This document shows positions 18,730-28,689 of a stretch of DNA of 39,214 bases, one piece after another. Made by a program: the position numbers and the translations under genes. The notes under the pieces were generated by a model, which did not search any database, was not told the DNA's origin, and saw only the letters and a list, made by a program, of their open reading frames with translations. The stretch lies in NCBI GenBank assembly GCA_964473825.1, contig CAYYQL010000023.1, forward strand, positions 1 to 39,214. Direction: 5' to 3'. Each line of letters begins with the position of its first letter. Position 1 is the stretch's first letter. The stretch is from an uncultured archaeon. Lineage in GTDB: Archaea > Asgardarchaeota > Thorarchaeia > Thorarchaeales > Thorarchaeaceae.

Positions 18730-18886
18730 GTTTGTTTTTCTCCTTAACCAATCTACGAATTGGATACTATTCTCTGCATAGACCCCTAAAAAAGGTCTTC
18801 GCTTATACATTCGACCACAGGCGGAATAGTTTCGTCGCTTGGTCAGAGCAAGACTTTCAAAAGGGACGATATCTTGCCCGAGGTGG

Positions 18887-19831
18887 GTGTCTGTCCTGGA
18901 TTTCGAACCGAGATACACCGGGCCAATCTTCGATGCTCATAGTCATGTTGTTGATGAACAGTACTTGGAGCTACTCGTGCGGATTGGCAGTGACTATGGT
19001 GTACAAAAGTCTCTTCTCATCGTTCACGGAAACGTAGGAACTGAAACCTACTCACAGCGGTATCCTGACAGGTTTGTCTTCGCGAAGTACTTCTCCGGAT
19101 GGATGATATTCGGGGAAGGACTAGATGAGGCTGTGCCAGAAGTGCATTCGATGAGACAAGAAGGGTACAGTGTGGCGAAGGTTCACTTTGCGCCTTTTTG
19201 GAGCGACAGAATATCTGAGGTAAGTAACATCCCCCCATTAGACAGCGCCGAGTTCAATCCTTTTTTTGACGCTCTAGCTGAGGCGGACATTCCTGTCTTG
19301 ATTCACGTTTCTGATCCAGACACCTATTATAAGACACGATATGAAAAGAAATCAGTCTATGGCACAAAGGACGAACACCTCATGGAGCTCGAACACCGAC
19401 TCGAACTGAGCCGAGACGTGACATTTCTGGTGGCTCATTTTGGCGCTCAACCAGAGGTTCACCGCCTTGACAATCTAGGACGGATGTTCGACAAGTACTC
19501 CAATCTGAATGTAGACACAGGATCTGCTCGATGGATGGTCCGGGAGCTCGGGAAGGATCCAGAGAAGTCAAGACGCTTTGTGACGAAATACTCTGACCGA
19601 ATTCTATTCGGAAGTGATTGTGTGGCTCGAAACAACGACATCGCCTATTATGAAGGAAGGTTCAAGTCAGAGAGGTTGCTCTGGGAGAGTGACGTTAGAA
19701 GGATGCCACTGCCTTTCGTTGACGCAGACACAGTAGATTCAGGAGGGACCTTTATCAACGGCTTGAATCTTGATAACGAGGTCTTGGAGCGCATATACTG
19801 GAAGAATGCCTCCCGACTACACCTGCAGTAA
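18887..19831 (+). CDS. Amidohydrolase_2 family metal-dependent hydrolase
   Basis: IFDAHSH, PVLIHVSDP, VAHFG, DRILFGSD, IYWKNA; GAGGTG RBS-like site at about 18880. Confidence 0.85.
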   Translation: MSVLDFEPRYTGPIFDAHSHVVDEQYLELLVRIGSDYGVQKSLLIVHGNVGTETYSQRYPDRFVFAKYFSGWMIFGEGLDEAVPEVHSMRQEGYSVAKVHFAPFWSDRISEVSNIPPLDSAEFNPFFDALAEADIPVLIHVSDPDTYYKTRYEKKSVYGTKDEHLMELEHRLELSRDVTFLVAHFGAQPEVHRLDNLGRMFDKYSNLNVDTGSARWMVRELGKDPEKSRRFVTKYSDRILFGSDCVARNNDIAYYEGRFKSERLLWESDVRRMPLPFVDADTVDSGGTFINGLNLDNEVLERIYWKNASRLHLQ

Positions 19832-19901
19832 AAGAAGAAGACTAGGGAACGTGCCACCAATTCGAATCTATCGGCATTCCCCTTGATGCATTCTATTGCT
19901 T

Positions 19902-20570
19902 CTATTCAGCCACTACTAATCCGTCCTCAACATCGAGGACCCCAAATGTGTTCTCCGCGCATGCGAGGGCCACAAGCTGGGTAGCTCTATCAGGTACTAC
20001 CCCCGAAAGAGTAACGATTCCGTCTTCAACCTTCACGTCGACATCGTTCACGTCTACCGAGAAACTTCTGTCGATCGCTTTGATCACGTCTTTTGCGATG
20101 ACCTCATCTGTAACCTTCTCTGTTGGAACGACAGTGATCTTGTTGTCAAAACTGATAACACCTCTTACGTCGGAGACCAGCTGCTGCGCCCTGAACTTCC
20201 GCCAGTATGAGTCAACAGTCCCCTTGAGAATCACATTGCCTGTATCAACGCTGACGTCAATGTCGGCATCTGCAGTGGATTGGTTCCACTCTAATACAAA
20301 CTTTACCCGCTCTGCTATGTCCTCGTCGCCGGGAATCTCTATCGTAGGCGGGTACTTCACGAGAAGTCGGTTGTCTACCTTTGTTACTCCTTCTGCTTTC
20401 CAAGCATCGAACAGAGCGGTCTCTGAGGCTGAGTAGCTGGGTACAGAACCTCGCAAAATAACCTCATTGTCCTCTACTTCAACTTCTACATCAGAGGCAT
20501 CAACACGGTGGTCCCAGTAGAGATGGTCCACCACGTCTTTTTTGATCTGTTCATCTGTTCGGCTAGTCAT
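19902..20570 (-). CDS. Triple BON-domain (OsmY-like) protein
   Basis: Three repeats of D..I...V...L.W....I.V.V..G.V.L.G.V......A.......GV..V.N.L.V; GAGGT RBS; no signal peptide. Confidence 0.92.
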   Translation of the reverse strand: MTSRTDEQIKKDVVDHLYWDHRVDASDVEVEVEDNEVILRGSVPSYSASETALFDAWKAEGVTKVDNRLLVKYPPTIEIPGDEDIAERVKFVLEWNQSTADADIDVSVDTGNVILKGTVDSYWRKFRAQQLVSDVRGVISFDNKITVVPTEKVTDEVIAKDVIKAIDRSFSVDVNDVDVKVEDGIVTLSGVVPDRATQLVALACAENTFGVLDVEDGLVVAE

Positions 20571-20801
20571 TTACTATAGTTACCTCACATATCTGTTGAA
20601 TCAGTTGACTCTCGGGAGTATTAAATGCTGGGATACTATGCACGATCAGGTATTATCTGGGCTTCAAACTCTGAATCAGTCTCCCCCGTAATCTCCAGAT
20701 TGCATGTGACGGTACCGTGAGATACTTTACGTATCTGAGAGATTTCGTTGATAAGCCTGAAGCGGGCTAGTGCAGGGACGAAGCGGAGGTGAGTTGAGCA
20801 G

Positions 20802-21017
20802 ATGATAGGTGAGACAATCGAGATTCTACCTGCTGAACTCGAGAATGTGGAAATCCTAGCTGAGATATCGAAGAGAGCCTTTGAGTTGGATGCCGATGTA
20901 AGCTCCAAAGTAAAAGGTGGGCTACTCAGATACGATTCGCACGAGAAGCACGAAGAGAACGTGAAGATAGATGGGATTGAATACTTGAAAGCGTTCTACG
21001 ACTGCCATTCTCTCTGA
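20802..21017 (+). pseudogene. Probable N-terminal fragment of a GNAT acetyltransferase
   Basis: IEILPAELENVEILAEISKRAF...YDS resembles a GNAT beta1-alpha1 start; the ORF stops before the acetyl-CoA motif and is followed by non-coding sequence. Confidence 0.5.
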
Positions 21018-21185
21018 TGCTTTATCTTGACGGTTTGGAAAAGGTAATAGGCGATGAGTCATATGCCCATTGTGCGGTGATGATGAGCCTCCACAAAGTG
21101 ATTAGGAATGGATGATCGTACGGTGAGCAGCTGAACCGCGCTCTAGTGTCGCTTCTCAAGAAGCTAATAGATTCCATTCTGTGCA

Positions 21186-21201
21186 GGTTAACTTGTTAAC
21201 C
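21186..21201. promoter_or_regulatory. Perfect palindrome, candidate operator
   Basis: GGTTAAC-TT-GTTAACC, about 80 bp upstream of the MFS start. Confidence 0.4.
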
Positions 21202-21283
21202 ATTCTGTACGGGATTACACACATCCACAAATCTATATGCCACTCGATTTTGTCTGGACACCAACCTGCTCTGAGGACGAAAA

Positions 21284-22678
21284 ATGGGTGAAGACAATCA
21301 ACCTGCGAGTGTGGCCACCATCCATGATGCTCACGGGAATCAGGATGACATATCTCATCTCACTTGGTTTCAATCCGTCAAGCGTGTACTCAGCAATAGA
21401 AACTGGGCCATCTATCTTGTCACTGTATGGATCTATAACAGCATGGGGATTCTTCGCCAATACTTCACCCTCTACTTCCGCGATATCGGCATATCTTACG
21501 TCTTGACAGGAGTCCTCCTGTCTTTGATGTTTGGAGTAAATGTGATAGGGTCCTTTGTTTCAGGATATCTGGCTGACAACTATGACAGGCGGAAGCTGTC
21601 AGTTGTGACAATGCTGGTAAGTGGTTCTGGCTTCCTCATGCTCTCAATCTTCACGGATATCATCGGCGTTGGATTTGCTTTAGTTGTGGCCGGGTTGTCG
21701 TCGTTTACCGGGATTGCCGGTCAAGCGTATCACATGCAACAAGTTGACCGAAGACTGGGAGGAGTTGCTAACAGCCTCTTTACGCTGGGCACTTCTTTCG
21801 GGGTTGTTCCCCTCTATGTGTTTGGCTTGCTCCTAGATTTAGGCTGGAACTTCGTTAGCATTATGCGGTTGTTGCTTCTGGTTGCTGGCTTTCTCTACTT
21901 GGTGTCCGCGTTGATTCGCGCTACTGCGCTGAAATCGTTTTCAGTACCGAACAGAAAGAACCACCACGGAGGGATACTACGGGACTTCGTCAATGAGAAT
22001 ATCCGGGGTGTCAGACTGCTTCTGAAGGTGCTTCCTGTCTTTGTTGCGGTGATATGTATCGATGCATTCAGCGACAGCTTTTACAATTTCGCAAGTCTCT
22101 ACTTCATTAATGAAACGCTCAATTTTGGTTTTTCTGAGATTAACCTCATGTTTCTGATTACGCTGGCTTTCTCTGTTCCCTTGGCGATGTACCTCGGGCG
22201 TGTGTTCGACACGAAAGGCGGTCGGAAGCTTACCGTTGTCGTCTACTCTGTGATGCCTATTGCAATTGCACTTCTCATTGTAGCTCAATACATTCCATAT
22301 GTTGGGCCTAGGGAGTGGGTAGATGCCCTGAACTCCATCTATCCTGGTCTCAGTGTGCTTTTCTCTCTCGCCTTCATTGCCACAGCAATGAAACAGATCA
22401 ATGATATCTTGTGGTTTTCAGTACTCGGCACCTATATCCAGAAATCCCTGCCTCGTGCAGATATGGGAAAGATGTTGAGTCTCACCATGTTCATAGTGCT
22501 GCTCTTCGTCACGTTAGGGCCGATTCCCGCTGGTATCATCTACACGCTCTATCAAGGTCTGCCGCTTCTCCATGTTGTGCTTGGACTCAACATAGCTATC
22601 CTCATAGTATTGGTTCTGTTCAGCATCGAGCCAAGAATGACGGTTCAAGAGCTAGAAGGTGATGACTTTAGTTACTAA
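21284..22678 (+). CDS. MFS transporter
   Basis: Motif A GYLADNYDRRK and its repeat GRVFDTKGGRK; about 12 TM helices. Confidence 0.9.
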   Translation: MGEDNQPASVATIHDAHGNQDDISHLTWFQSVKRVLSNRNWAIYLVTVWIYNSMGILRQYFTLYFRDIGISYVLTGVLLSLMFGVNVIGSFVSGYLADNYDRRKLSVVTMLVSGSGFLMLSIFTDIIGVGFALVVAGLSSFTGIAGQAYHMQQVDRRLGGVANSLFTLGTSFGVVPLYVFGLLLDLGWNFVSIMRLLLLVAGFLYLVSALIRATALKSFSVPNRKNHHGGILRDFVNENIRGVRLLLKVLPVFVAVICIDAFSDSFYNFASLYFINETLNFGFSEINLMFLITLAFSVPLAMYLGRVFDTKGGRKLTVVVYSVMPIAIALLIVAQYIPYVGPREWVDALNSIYPGLSVLFSLAFIATAMKQINDILWFSVLGTYIQKSLPRADMGKMLSLTMFIVLLFVTLGPIPAGIIYTLYQGLPLLHVVLGLNIAILIVLVLFSIEPRMTVQELEGDDFSY

Positions 22679-22799
22679 TAGATACTCTCTGCAATCACCT
22701 TAGTTTCCAACATAGTGTCGGTCATATGTCAGCAAATGATGTGGAATCTCGGCTCGGCAGGCAACATCTTCATATGTCAGACCCGGTCCAACGAAACCC

Positions 22800-24476
22800 A
22801 TGCAAACGATGGATTGGCTCACAGTAGGGTTCAACATCATAGGCGGCCTCGCACTCTTCATGTACGCGGTTACGATACTCAGAGAAACTCTGGGAAAGAT
22901 TTCAGGCTCAAAAGTAGCGAAGTTACTGGAAAAGGCGACGAATAATCCAGTGAAGGGAATGGGTGTGGGTACGGCAGCCACATTCATGACGCAAAGTTCA
23001 AGCATAACCGTGCTTACCCTCATAGGATTCGTCAATGCTGGGATGATGACCTTCCGACAGTCAGTGAATGTGATGCTAGGCTCCGAAATCGGGACAACGA
23101 TCACAGCTCAGCTTGTATCCTTTGATATCGGTATGGCATTCTGGCCGCTGGTGGCTGTTGGCTTCTTCGTCCATATGTTTGCCCGAAGTGAGAGAATCCG
23201 CTTGGTTGGGAAGGTGTTGTTCAGTCTCGGTCTCCTGTTCTTGGCCATGGAGTTCATGAAAAATGGGGCTATACCTCTTGGGAACAGCCCTTTCTTTGTT
23301 GCACTGATTAATGACTATGGGACCGTTCCATTTGTTGCCATCCTTATTGGAACACTGATAGCAGGAGTCACTCAGAGCAGCTCTGCGACAACTAGCCTCG
23401 TCATTGCCATGGGAATGGGAGGGGTAATCAGTCTTGACGCGGGTATTGCTTTGGTTATGGGCGCGAATATTGGAACATGTTTTCTTGAGATATTTGCCGC
23501 CGTTGGAGCCACTACCCCAGCAAAAAGAACGGCTCTAGCCCAGACAATAATCAACGTCTTTGGAGTATTGGTGTTTATCCCTTTCCTCAGGCCATTCTCC
23601 AACATCGTGGCTGGAACCTCTCCTGACCTACCTCGTCAGATTGCCAATGCCCACACCATCTTCAATGTCCTTGTTAGTGTCGCATTGATACCTCTTGTTG
23701 GGCTTTTGGTTCGATTTTGTGAGAGAGTTATTCCAGACAAAGAAGGGGAGGTTATTGGGCGGCATTTCTTTGATGAAGAGATGCTGCATTTTCCGCAAGT
23801 TGCCCTTCTTGAGGCCGAACGCGACATCATTCGAACCGCAGATATCACCTTGTCTATGATCCAGCTAAGCAACCGAGCTCTTGTCATGAGAAATAGAGAG
23901 GCAGCCAAAGATATAATCCGTTTCGAGGACGAGGTTGATGAGAGCGTTCGAGAATCTGAACGATTCATCGATAGAATCCGAGAGGAGGAACTAAGTGAAA
24001 CAGATAAGCTCTGGAGGATGAAGCTTCTGGCCATCTTGGTGGACATCGAACGCGTTGGGGATCTCACAGATAATCTCGCGGAGTTCGCCATTTATGCTCA
24101 AGAGGCAGACATTGATTTCTCCGAAGAGGCGCGCTCAGAGCTTACCGAGTTCTTCTTACTGGTTGAGAACACCTATGGCTCAGCAATCAATGCTCTTAAG
24201 ACAAGAAACAAGGATGTTGCCCGCAGAGCAGTACTTCTCGAAGATAAGGTCGATAAGATGGAACGAACACTCAGAACAAACCACGTCAAACGCATGGAAG
24301 CAGGAATCTGCAACCCGAGCGCTGATGCTATGTTTGTTGAAACACTGAGGAACCTAGAGAGAATTGGTGATCACGCTGATAACATTGCGGCAGATGTGAT
24401 CGTGGTCAAATCGGTCCACGGGCCAGTGCGAATTGCGGATCCCGATATTGCGAATCAAAGAACTCTGCAGGAATAA
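22800..24476 (+). CDS. Na/Pi cotransporter (SLC34/NptA-like) with PhoU domains
   Basis: Two QSSS motifs, GANIGT, RQIANAHTIFN, DIERVGD and NLERIGDHADNIA PhoU repeats. Confidence 0.93.
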   Translation: MQTMDWLTVGFNIIGGLALFMYAVTILRETLGKISGSKVAKLLEKATNNPVKGMGVGTAATFMTQSSSITVLTLIGFVNAGMMTFRQSVNVMLGSEIGTTITAQLVSFDIGMAFWPLVAVGFFVHMFARSERIRLVGKVLFSLGLLFLAMEFMKNGAIPLGNSPFFVALINDYGTVPFVAILIGTLIAGVTQSSSATTSLVIAMGMGGVISLDAGIALVMGANIGTCFLEIFAAVGATTPAKRTALAQTIINVFGVLVFIPFLRPFSNIVAGTSPDLPRQIANAHTIFNVLVSVALIPLVGLLVRFCERVIPDKEGEVIGRHFFDEEMLHFPQVALLEAERDIIRTADITLSMIQLSNRALVMRNREAAKDIIRFEDEVDESVRESERFIDRIREEELSETDKLWRMKLLAILVDIERVGDLTDNLAEFAIYAQEADIDFSEEARSELTEFFLLVENTYGSAINALKTRNKDVARRAVLLEDKVDKMERTLRTNHVKRMEAGICNPSADAMFVETLRNLERIGDHADNIAADVIVVKSVHGPVRIADPDIANQRTLQE

Positions 24477-24493
24477 GGTGGGAAGTATCGGAT

Positions 24494-24736
24494 TCAACCT
24501 CCTCCGACTGGAGGAAAGATGACAACGAGGTCTCCTTCCTCAATCTTTGCATTTGTGCTCTCCACACGATCTCCGTTTAGCATGATAATCTTAGCCTTCT
24601 CATGAGAAATTCCAAGCTTATCCAACACATCTGCCACTGTATCATCGTCTACTTCCAGAGAGAATGATTCAGCTATTGCAGTGGCCTCTGGAGCGAAGCG
24701 TCTGAGTGTTGCATATAGTTTTACTTCGACCCGCAT
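24494..24736 (-). CDS. MoaD/ThiS/SAMP ubiquitin-like sulfur carrier
   Basis: MRVEVKLYATLR...LNG...EGDLVVIFPPVGGG with a free C-terminal Gly-Gly; GGAGG RBS; start at 24736. Confidence 0.92.
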   Translation of the reverse strand: MRVEVKLYATLRRFAPEATAIAESFSLEVDDDTVADVLDKLGISHEKAKIIMLNGDRVESTNAKIEEGDLVVIFPPVGGG

Positions 24737-24747
24737 TTCTATTCCTC

Positions 24748-25056
24748 CTAGTAGTACTCGACATCGTGATCTGACTGAGTGTAACCATGCCCCTTGAGGT
24801 GCTGTCCTCCACACAATAAGACCATGTTGAAGGGAAAAAGCCCGATACGACATCCATCTTCTATTTCATCATGTGGGCGAGCGATGCGACCGTCGATAAA
24901 GCAATCCCCTAAGTCGGACATCTCAAGACCTATTCTCTCTACCAGTTGGCTGAAGGTCTCTTCTTCAATATACTCCAGCTTGATAACAGTATCATCATTG
25001 GCTCTTGCGTTCTCGACCAAGCTTCGCAGCTTGCCATAGAGATATACTTGAATCAC
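24748..25056 (-). CDS. MoaD/ThiS-like beta-grasp protein with C-terminal extension beyond GG
   Basis: IQVYLYGKLR...FIDG...DGCRIGLFP, then FNMVLLCGG-QHLKGHGYTQSDHDVEYY. Confidence 0.8.
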   Translation of the reverse strand: MIQVYLYGKLRSLVENARANDDTVIKLEYIEEETFSQLVERIGLEMSDLGDCFIDGRIARPHDEIEDGCRIGLFPFNMVLLCGGQHLKGHGYTQSDHDVEYY

Positions 25057-25110
25057 TCAGAACGTTCTCCAGTTCCATCTTCGGTACTAGTATGCCTTCT
25101 TGAAAAGAGG

Positions 25111-25153
25111 ATAAAAGGCAAGAAAAAGAGATTGGCAGGGGCAATATGCCCCT
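25111..25153 (-). terminator. Hairpin plus T-rich tract downstream of aor
   Basis: AGGGGCA-ATA-TGCCCCT (25137-25153), followed on the minus strand by TCTCTTTTTCTTGCCTTTT. Confidence 0.5.
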
Positions 25154-25161
25154 AGGCCTTT

Positions 25162-26952
25162 CTACATATTCTTGTAGACTGCATCAAGTTCCTCTGCTGG
25201 CACATCGAAAGTTACATCGTGGGGTGGCAACGGTTCTGTACTGAAGAACTCAGGGAGTCTGTCGTCTTGAGCCGTGAAACCTGCTTGTTTGTTGAACTCT
25301 CGTTCCTTCTGCAGAGTGTTGAGACCGTACTCAGTCACATCTATCTCCTCGCCAAGGAATGCGTTAACGGTTTCGGTCATTCCAGTGAAACCATCATCAT
25401 TGTCGAGGATTGCGAAGGCAATGAAGAGACAGTAGCCCGAGGAGTCGATGTACGCGGTTGTGGCTTGGAAGTTGCGAGAAAGCTCAGCCTTGTCCAACTT
25501 TCGTGGGTCGGTTACTTGCCCCTTGATTCCGAGAATCTCAGCTGCGATTGTGTATCCTGCAGTATGGTCTGCACCCATTGTAGTTGTCGCGTAGGTAACG
25601 CCGATTCCACGGATTGGTCTCGGGTCATAGGCAGGTAGGGCCTGTCCCTTGACAACTGGAATCCGGGTTACACCCAGCACCTCACCGGCCGCTTTGGTTC
25701 CAGATGATACCAGTTTACCTGTGACAGAATCTTTGTCATAGGCTTCTTTCAAGAGCTTGATAGCAGCCTTACCGTCACCGTAGTCAATGACTCCGGCCTC
25801 CATGAACATCGCAATCGTGTTACCCGTTTCAATCGTGTCGAGCCCTAGGTCATTACAGAGCCTATTGAGTTCAGCAACATGTTGTAGATTCTCGATTGCA
25901 GGATTAGTGCCAAGTGCCCAGGCCGACTCGTATTCAAGTGGTGCCACATGTGCCTTTCCGTTCTTCTCGTAAGGCACCACGTTGGAACATGCTATGATAC
26001 AGCCTGGATGGCATGCGTGTCCGTACCTGCCCTCTGCCTTATCACCGAACTTCTCTCTTGTCTTATCGACGAGCTCGTGGACTGCTTCTCCTGAGACTTT
26101 GGGAGCCACGTCTGACCTACCTGTTCTGAAGCCACGGAATGGAAGACCGCCGGCTTCATTCAAGATGTTCATGAGGATGTTAGTGCCATAGTTCTTTAAC
26201 CCCCCGTACGGATTTCCTTCCTCGTCCTTGAGTTTTCCAGTCACAGGGTGCTCGTTCAATGCAGTAACAAGCTTCTTTCTACCCTCATCAAACATTTCCT
26301 TGTCTTTGGGCTTCGGCTTCTCTGCACCAGAATCATCGCTGATTATGGAAACCACTCGTTTTGAACCCAGTACTGCACCGAGTCCTCCACGGCCTGCATA
26401 TCTACCGGGATCAGTATTCTCTATATTGTTTCCGAAGATTCCTGCAGATTTAAGCATCCGCTGACCTGCCACTCCGCAACCGACGATACCAGGTCTGTTG
26501 TCATACTTCTTCCAGACTTTACCTATCAGGTCATAGAGGCCGATTCCGGCGTAGTCGTTTGTCTTCAGGATTTCAACGTTGTCTTTCCCAATGTAGACAC
26601 TATACCAGTCCTTGTTGGATTCAGGCATACCTTCGACGACAACAGCTCGGATTCCAAGGTTTCCTAGTCTTGTTCCGCTAAGCCCTCCGGCATTGGCCTC
26701 CTTTATTGTCCCAGTCAACGGTGACTTTCCACCGAAACTGATACGCCCAGAAGACGGTGCGGGAGTGCCTGCGAGAAGCCCTGGTGATATCACGAGTTTG
26801 TTGAACTCCCTCAATGGATTACATGTGGGCTCAACCTCGTCGTGGACAATGGCTGAGGTCAGTGCCCTTCCAGCATACGTAGAATACTTCTTGGGAAGGT
26901 CTTCCCATCGGTATTCTAAGTCGTTCATATCTATTCTAAGTATCTTGCTCAT
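25162..26952 (-). CDS. aor: Aldehyde:ferredoxin oxidoreductase family (W/Mo-pterin, 4Fe-4S)
   Basis: KSPLTGTIKEANAGG, AGRGGLGAVLGSK, CHPGCIIAC, EYE, GLDTIETG, VKGQALPAYDPR, GADHT, DRLPEFF. Confidence 0.95.
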   Translation of the reverse strand: MSKILRIDMNDLEYRWEDLPKKYSTYAGRALTSAIVHDEVEPTCNPLREFNKLVISPGLLAGTPAPSSGRISFGGKSPLTGTIKEANAGGLSGTRLGNLGIRAVVVEGMPESNKDWYSVYIGKDNVEILKTNDYAGIGLYDLIGKVWKKYDNRPGIVGCGVAGQRMLKSAGIFGNNIENTDPGRYAGRGGLGAVLGSKRVVSIISDDSGAEKPKPKDKEMFDEGRKKLVTALNEHPVTGKLKDEEGNPYGGLKNYGTNILMNILNEAGGLPFRGFRTGRSDVAPKVSGEAVHELVDKTREKFGDKAEGRYGHACHPGCIIACSNVVPYEKNGKAHVAPLEYESAWALGTNPAIENLQHVAELNRLCNDLGLDTIETGNTIAMFMEAGVIDYGDGKAAIKLLKEAYDKDSVTGKLVSSGTKAAGEVLGVTRIPVVKGQALPAYDPRPIRGIGVTYATTTMGADHTAGYTIAAEILGIKGQVTDPRKLDKAELSRNFQATTAYIDSSGYCLFIAFAILDNDDGFTGMTETVNAFLGEEIDVTEYGLNTLQKEREFNKQAGFTAQDDRLPEFFSTEPLPPHDVTFDVPAEELDAVYKNM

Positions 26953-27152
26953 TCCTCTCTCATCCTAAATGCTATGTATCTACAATGTACAGCTTCCTAT
27001 TTAATCGATATGCTCTCCCATTTCATATCGAAATGCACCACAGTGCATAACGGAGTGCGTAACTGGATGCAAAGCCAATCTCAAAATGTAAGAATCGATA
27101 CATAAAAACAACAGGCGGAGCCACACGTTTACGTGGCCCCTCTGTTATGAGC

Positions 27153-27452
27153 CTAATCCTCTGTTTTCTCAGGCGACATAAACTCAATGTATATCGACTG
27201 ATCCGAGTCATCACGAAGGACCCTATACGTCAAGTCATCATGCATCTGAACGAATAGTATCAGTTCTTCGACGGCACCTTGATCGTCTCTTTCAAGATGC
27301 ATGAAGTCTTTCAGAAACTCGAGACTGACTGCCTTTTCTTTTCCTTTGATGTCCTTAAGCATCTCCTCGAAGTTGCTTCGGACTTTCATATCAATCTCGC
27401 GATTCTGTTTGATGAGTTCTGGAACATCCTTAACGTGCTTCTTCCATGTCAA
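27153..27452 (-). CDS. Hypothetical protein (about 99 aa)
   Basis: AGGTGA RBS before TTG at 27452; charged globular sequence. The upstream extension in the ORF track overlaps the divergent gene and is unlikely. Confidence 0.65.
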   Translation of the reverse strand: MTWKKHVKDVPELIKQNREIDMKVRSNFEEMLKDIKGKEKAVSLEFLKDFMHLERDDQGAVEELILFVQMHDDLTYRVLRDDSDQSIYIEFMSPEKTED

Positions 27453-27586
27453 CTGATTCACCTTCAGTTCATGTGATTGAGTTATGTACTTATGAACAAT
27501 GCGAAACACAAGTTCACAATTAATATATTTACTTCCTCTAATCCTTTTAAAAGACAGGTACATCAATAGATGAAGAGGCAACATAT

Positions 27587-28531
27587 ATGGAGTTTGGAGT
27601 GCAAGTCGAGCCCCAGTTTGGCTACTCTTTACAAGATGTGATCGAGATCTCAAATGCAGCAGTTGAACACGGTTATTCGACGCTATGGTTTTCAGACCAT
27701 TTCATGCTGGACAAGAACGCCACTAATCGTGAGCTCTTGGACCCCTGGCTCCTGATGACAGCACTGGTGTCAACCAACAAGAGAATACGGGTGGGCACTC
27801 TGGTGGCCTGCAACAATTATCGTCCGCCTCCACTTCACGCCAAGATGGCTTCAACACTAGATGTTCTGTCTGAAGGTCGTTTTGAGTTCGGAATAGGTGC
27901 CGGATGGAAGGAGGTAGACTACAAGGCATATGGGCTAGAGTTTCCTGATGACATGACTCGCATTGGACAACTAGCAGAGGGGATTGAGATCATCCGAGGT
28001 GCTTGGACAGAAGATGTGTTCGACTTCGAGGGAGAGTTCTACTCAGTGGACAATCTGATCTCGTTTCCCAAGCCTGTCCAGCGGCCCCATCCCACGATTT
28101 GGGTTGGAACGATGAAGGGACGGGGCCACATGATCGAAGTGGCAGCCGAACATGGTGACGGCATCAACCTTGCTTGGTCGTTCATCCCCAAGGACGTAAA
28201 ATCAATCTTCGCCAAACTGGATAGCCTCTTGGAACATCACAATAAGACCCCTGAAGCATTCAATCGGTCTGTCGGTTTGTGGACGCGATGTTTCAGATCG
28301 AAGACTGAAATGGAAGACCAGATTACAAAGGCGGCCGAGGAACGCGGCATCAAACAAGAAGAATATCGCAAGCGAGTTTCGAAGGCACTTTGGGGGACTC
28401 CTGAGATGATTACTTCTCGCCTTCGAGAATACGCCGACTGCGGAGTTGATCATGTCATCTTCATGTTTCCGTACGGTCAGGAACGTGATCAGATGACCCT
28501 CCTCAAAGAGCAAGTCCTGACGAAGATGTGA
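27587..28531 (+). CDS. LLM-class (luciferase-like) flavin/F420-dependent oxidoreductase
   Basis: LWFSDHF, DPW, RVGTLV, AKMASTLDVLSEGRFEFGIGAGW, PKPVQRPHPTIWVG, GTPE. Confidence 0.93.
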   Translation: MEFGVQVEPQFGYSLQDVIEISNAAVEHGYSTLWFSDHFMLDKNATNRELLDPWLLMTALVSTNKRIRVGTLVACNNYRPPPLHAKMASTLDVLSEGRFEFGIGAGWKEVDYKAYGLEFPDDMTRIGQLAEGIEIIRGAWTEDVFDFEGEFYSVDNLISFPKPVQRPHPTIWVGTMKGRGHMIEVAAEHGDGINLAWSFIPKDVKSIFAKLDSLLEHHNKTPEAFNRSVGLWTRCFRSKTEMEDQITKAAEERGIKQEEYRKRVSKALWGTPEMITSRLREYADCGVDHVIFMFPYGQERDQMTLLKEQVLTKM

Positions 28532-28689
28532 TGGCATTCAATAGGCTGACAAAAAAGAAACCCCGCCTCAAGAAGCTCTTTTTCAGATTGTGGATGGAAT
28601 AGATTCCTATAGCGTTGGGTGAGGGCTTACGTAGGACTCATGACTAGATTGCCTTTTCTGCCACCCAAGATAGCATCTTTTTTCGATAC

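Noticed and set aside
19902-20570. Possible DNA repeat array
   Set aside because: The repetition is at protein-domain level (BON x3); no CRISPR-like repeat-spacer pattern was seen here or elsewhere.
28600-28645. Eukaryote-like SECIS (ATGA...AA on the minus strand)
   Set aside because: The 3' GA of the quartet is missing, and no neighbouring gene has an in-frame TGA at a Cys position.
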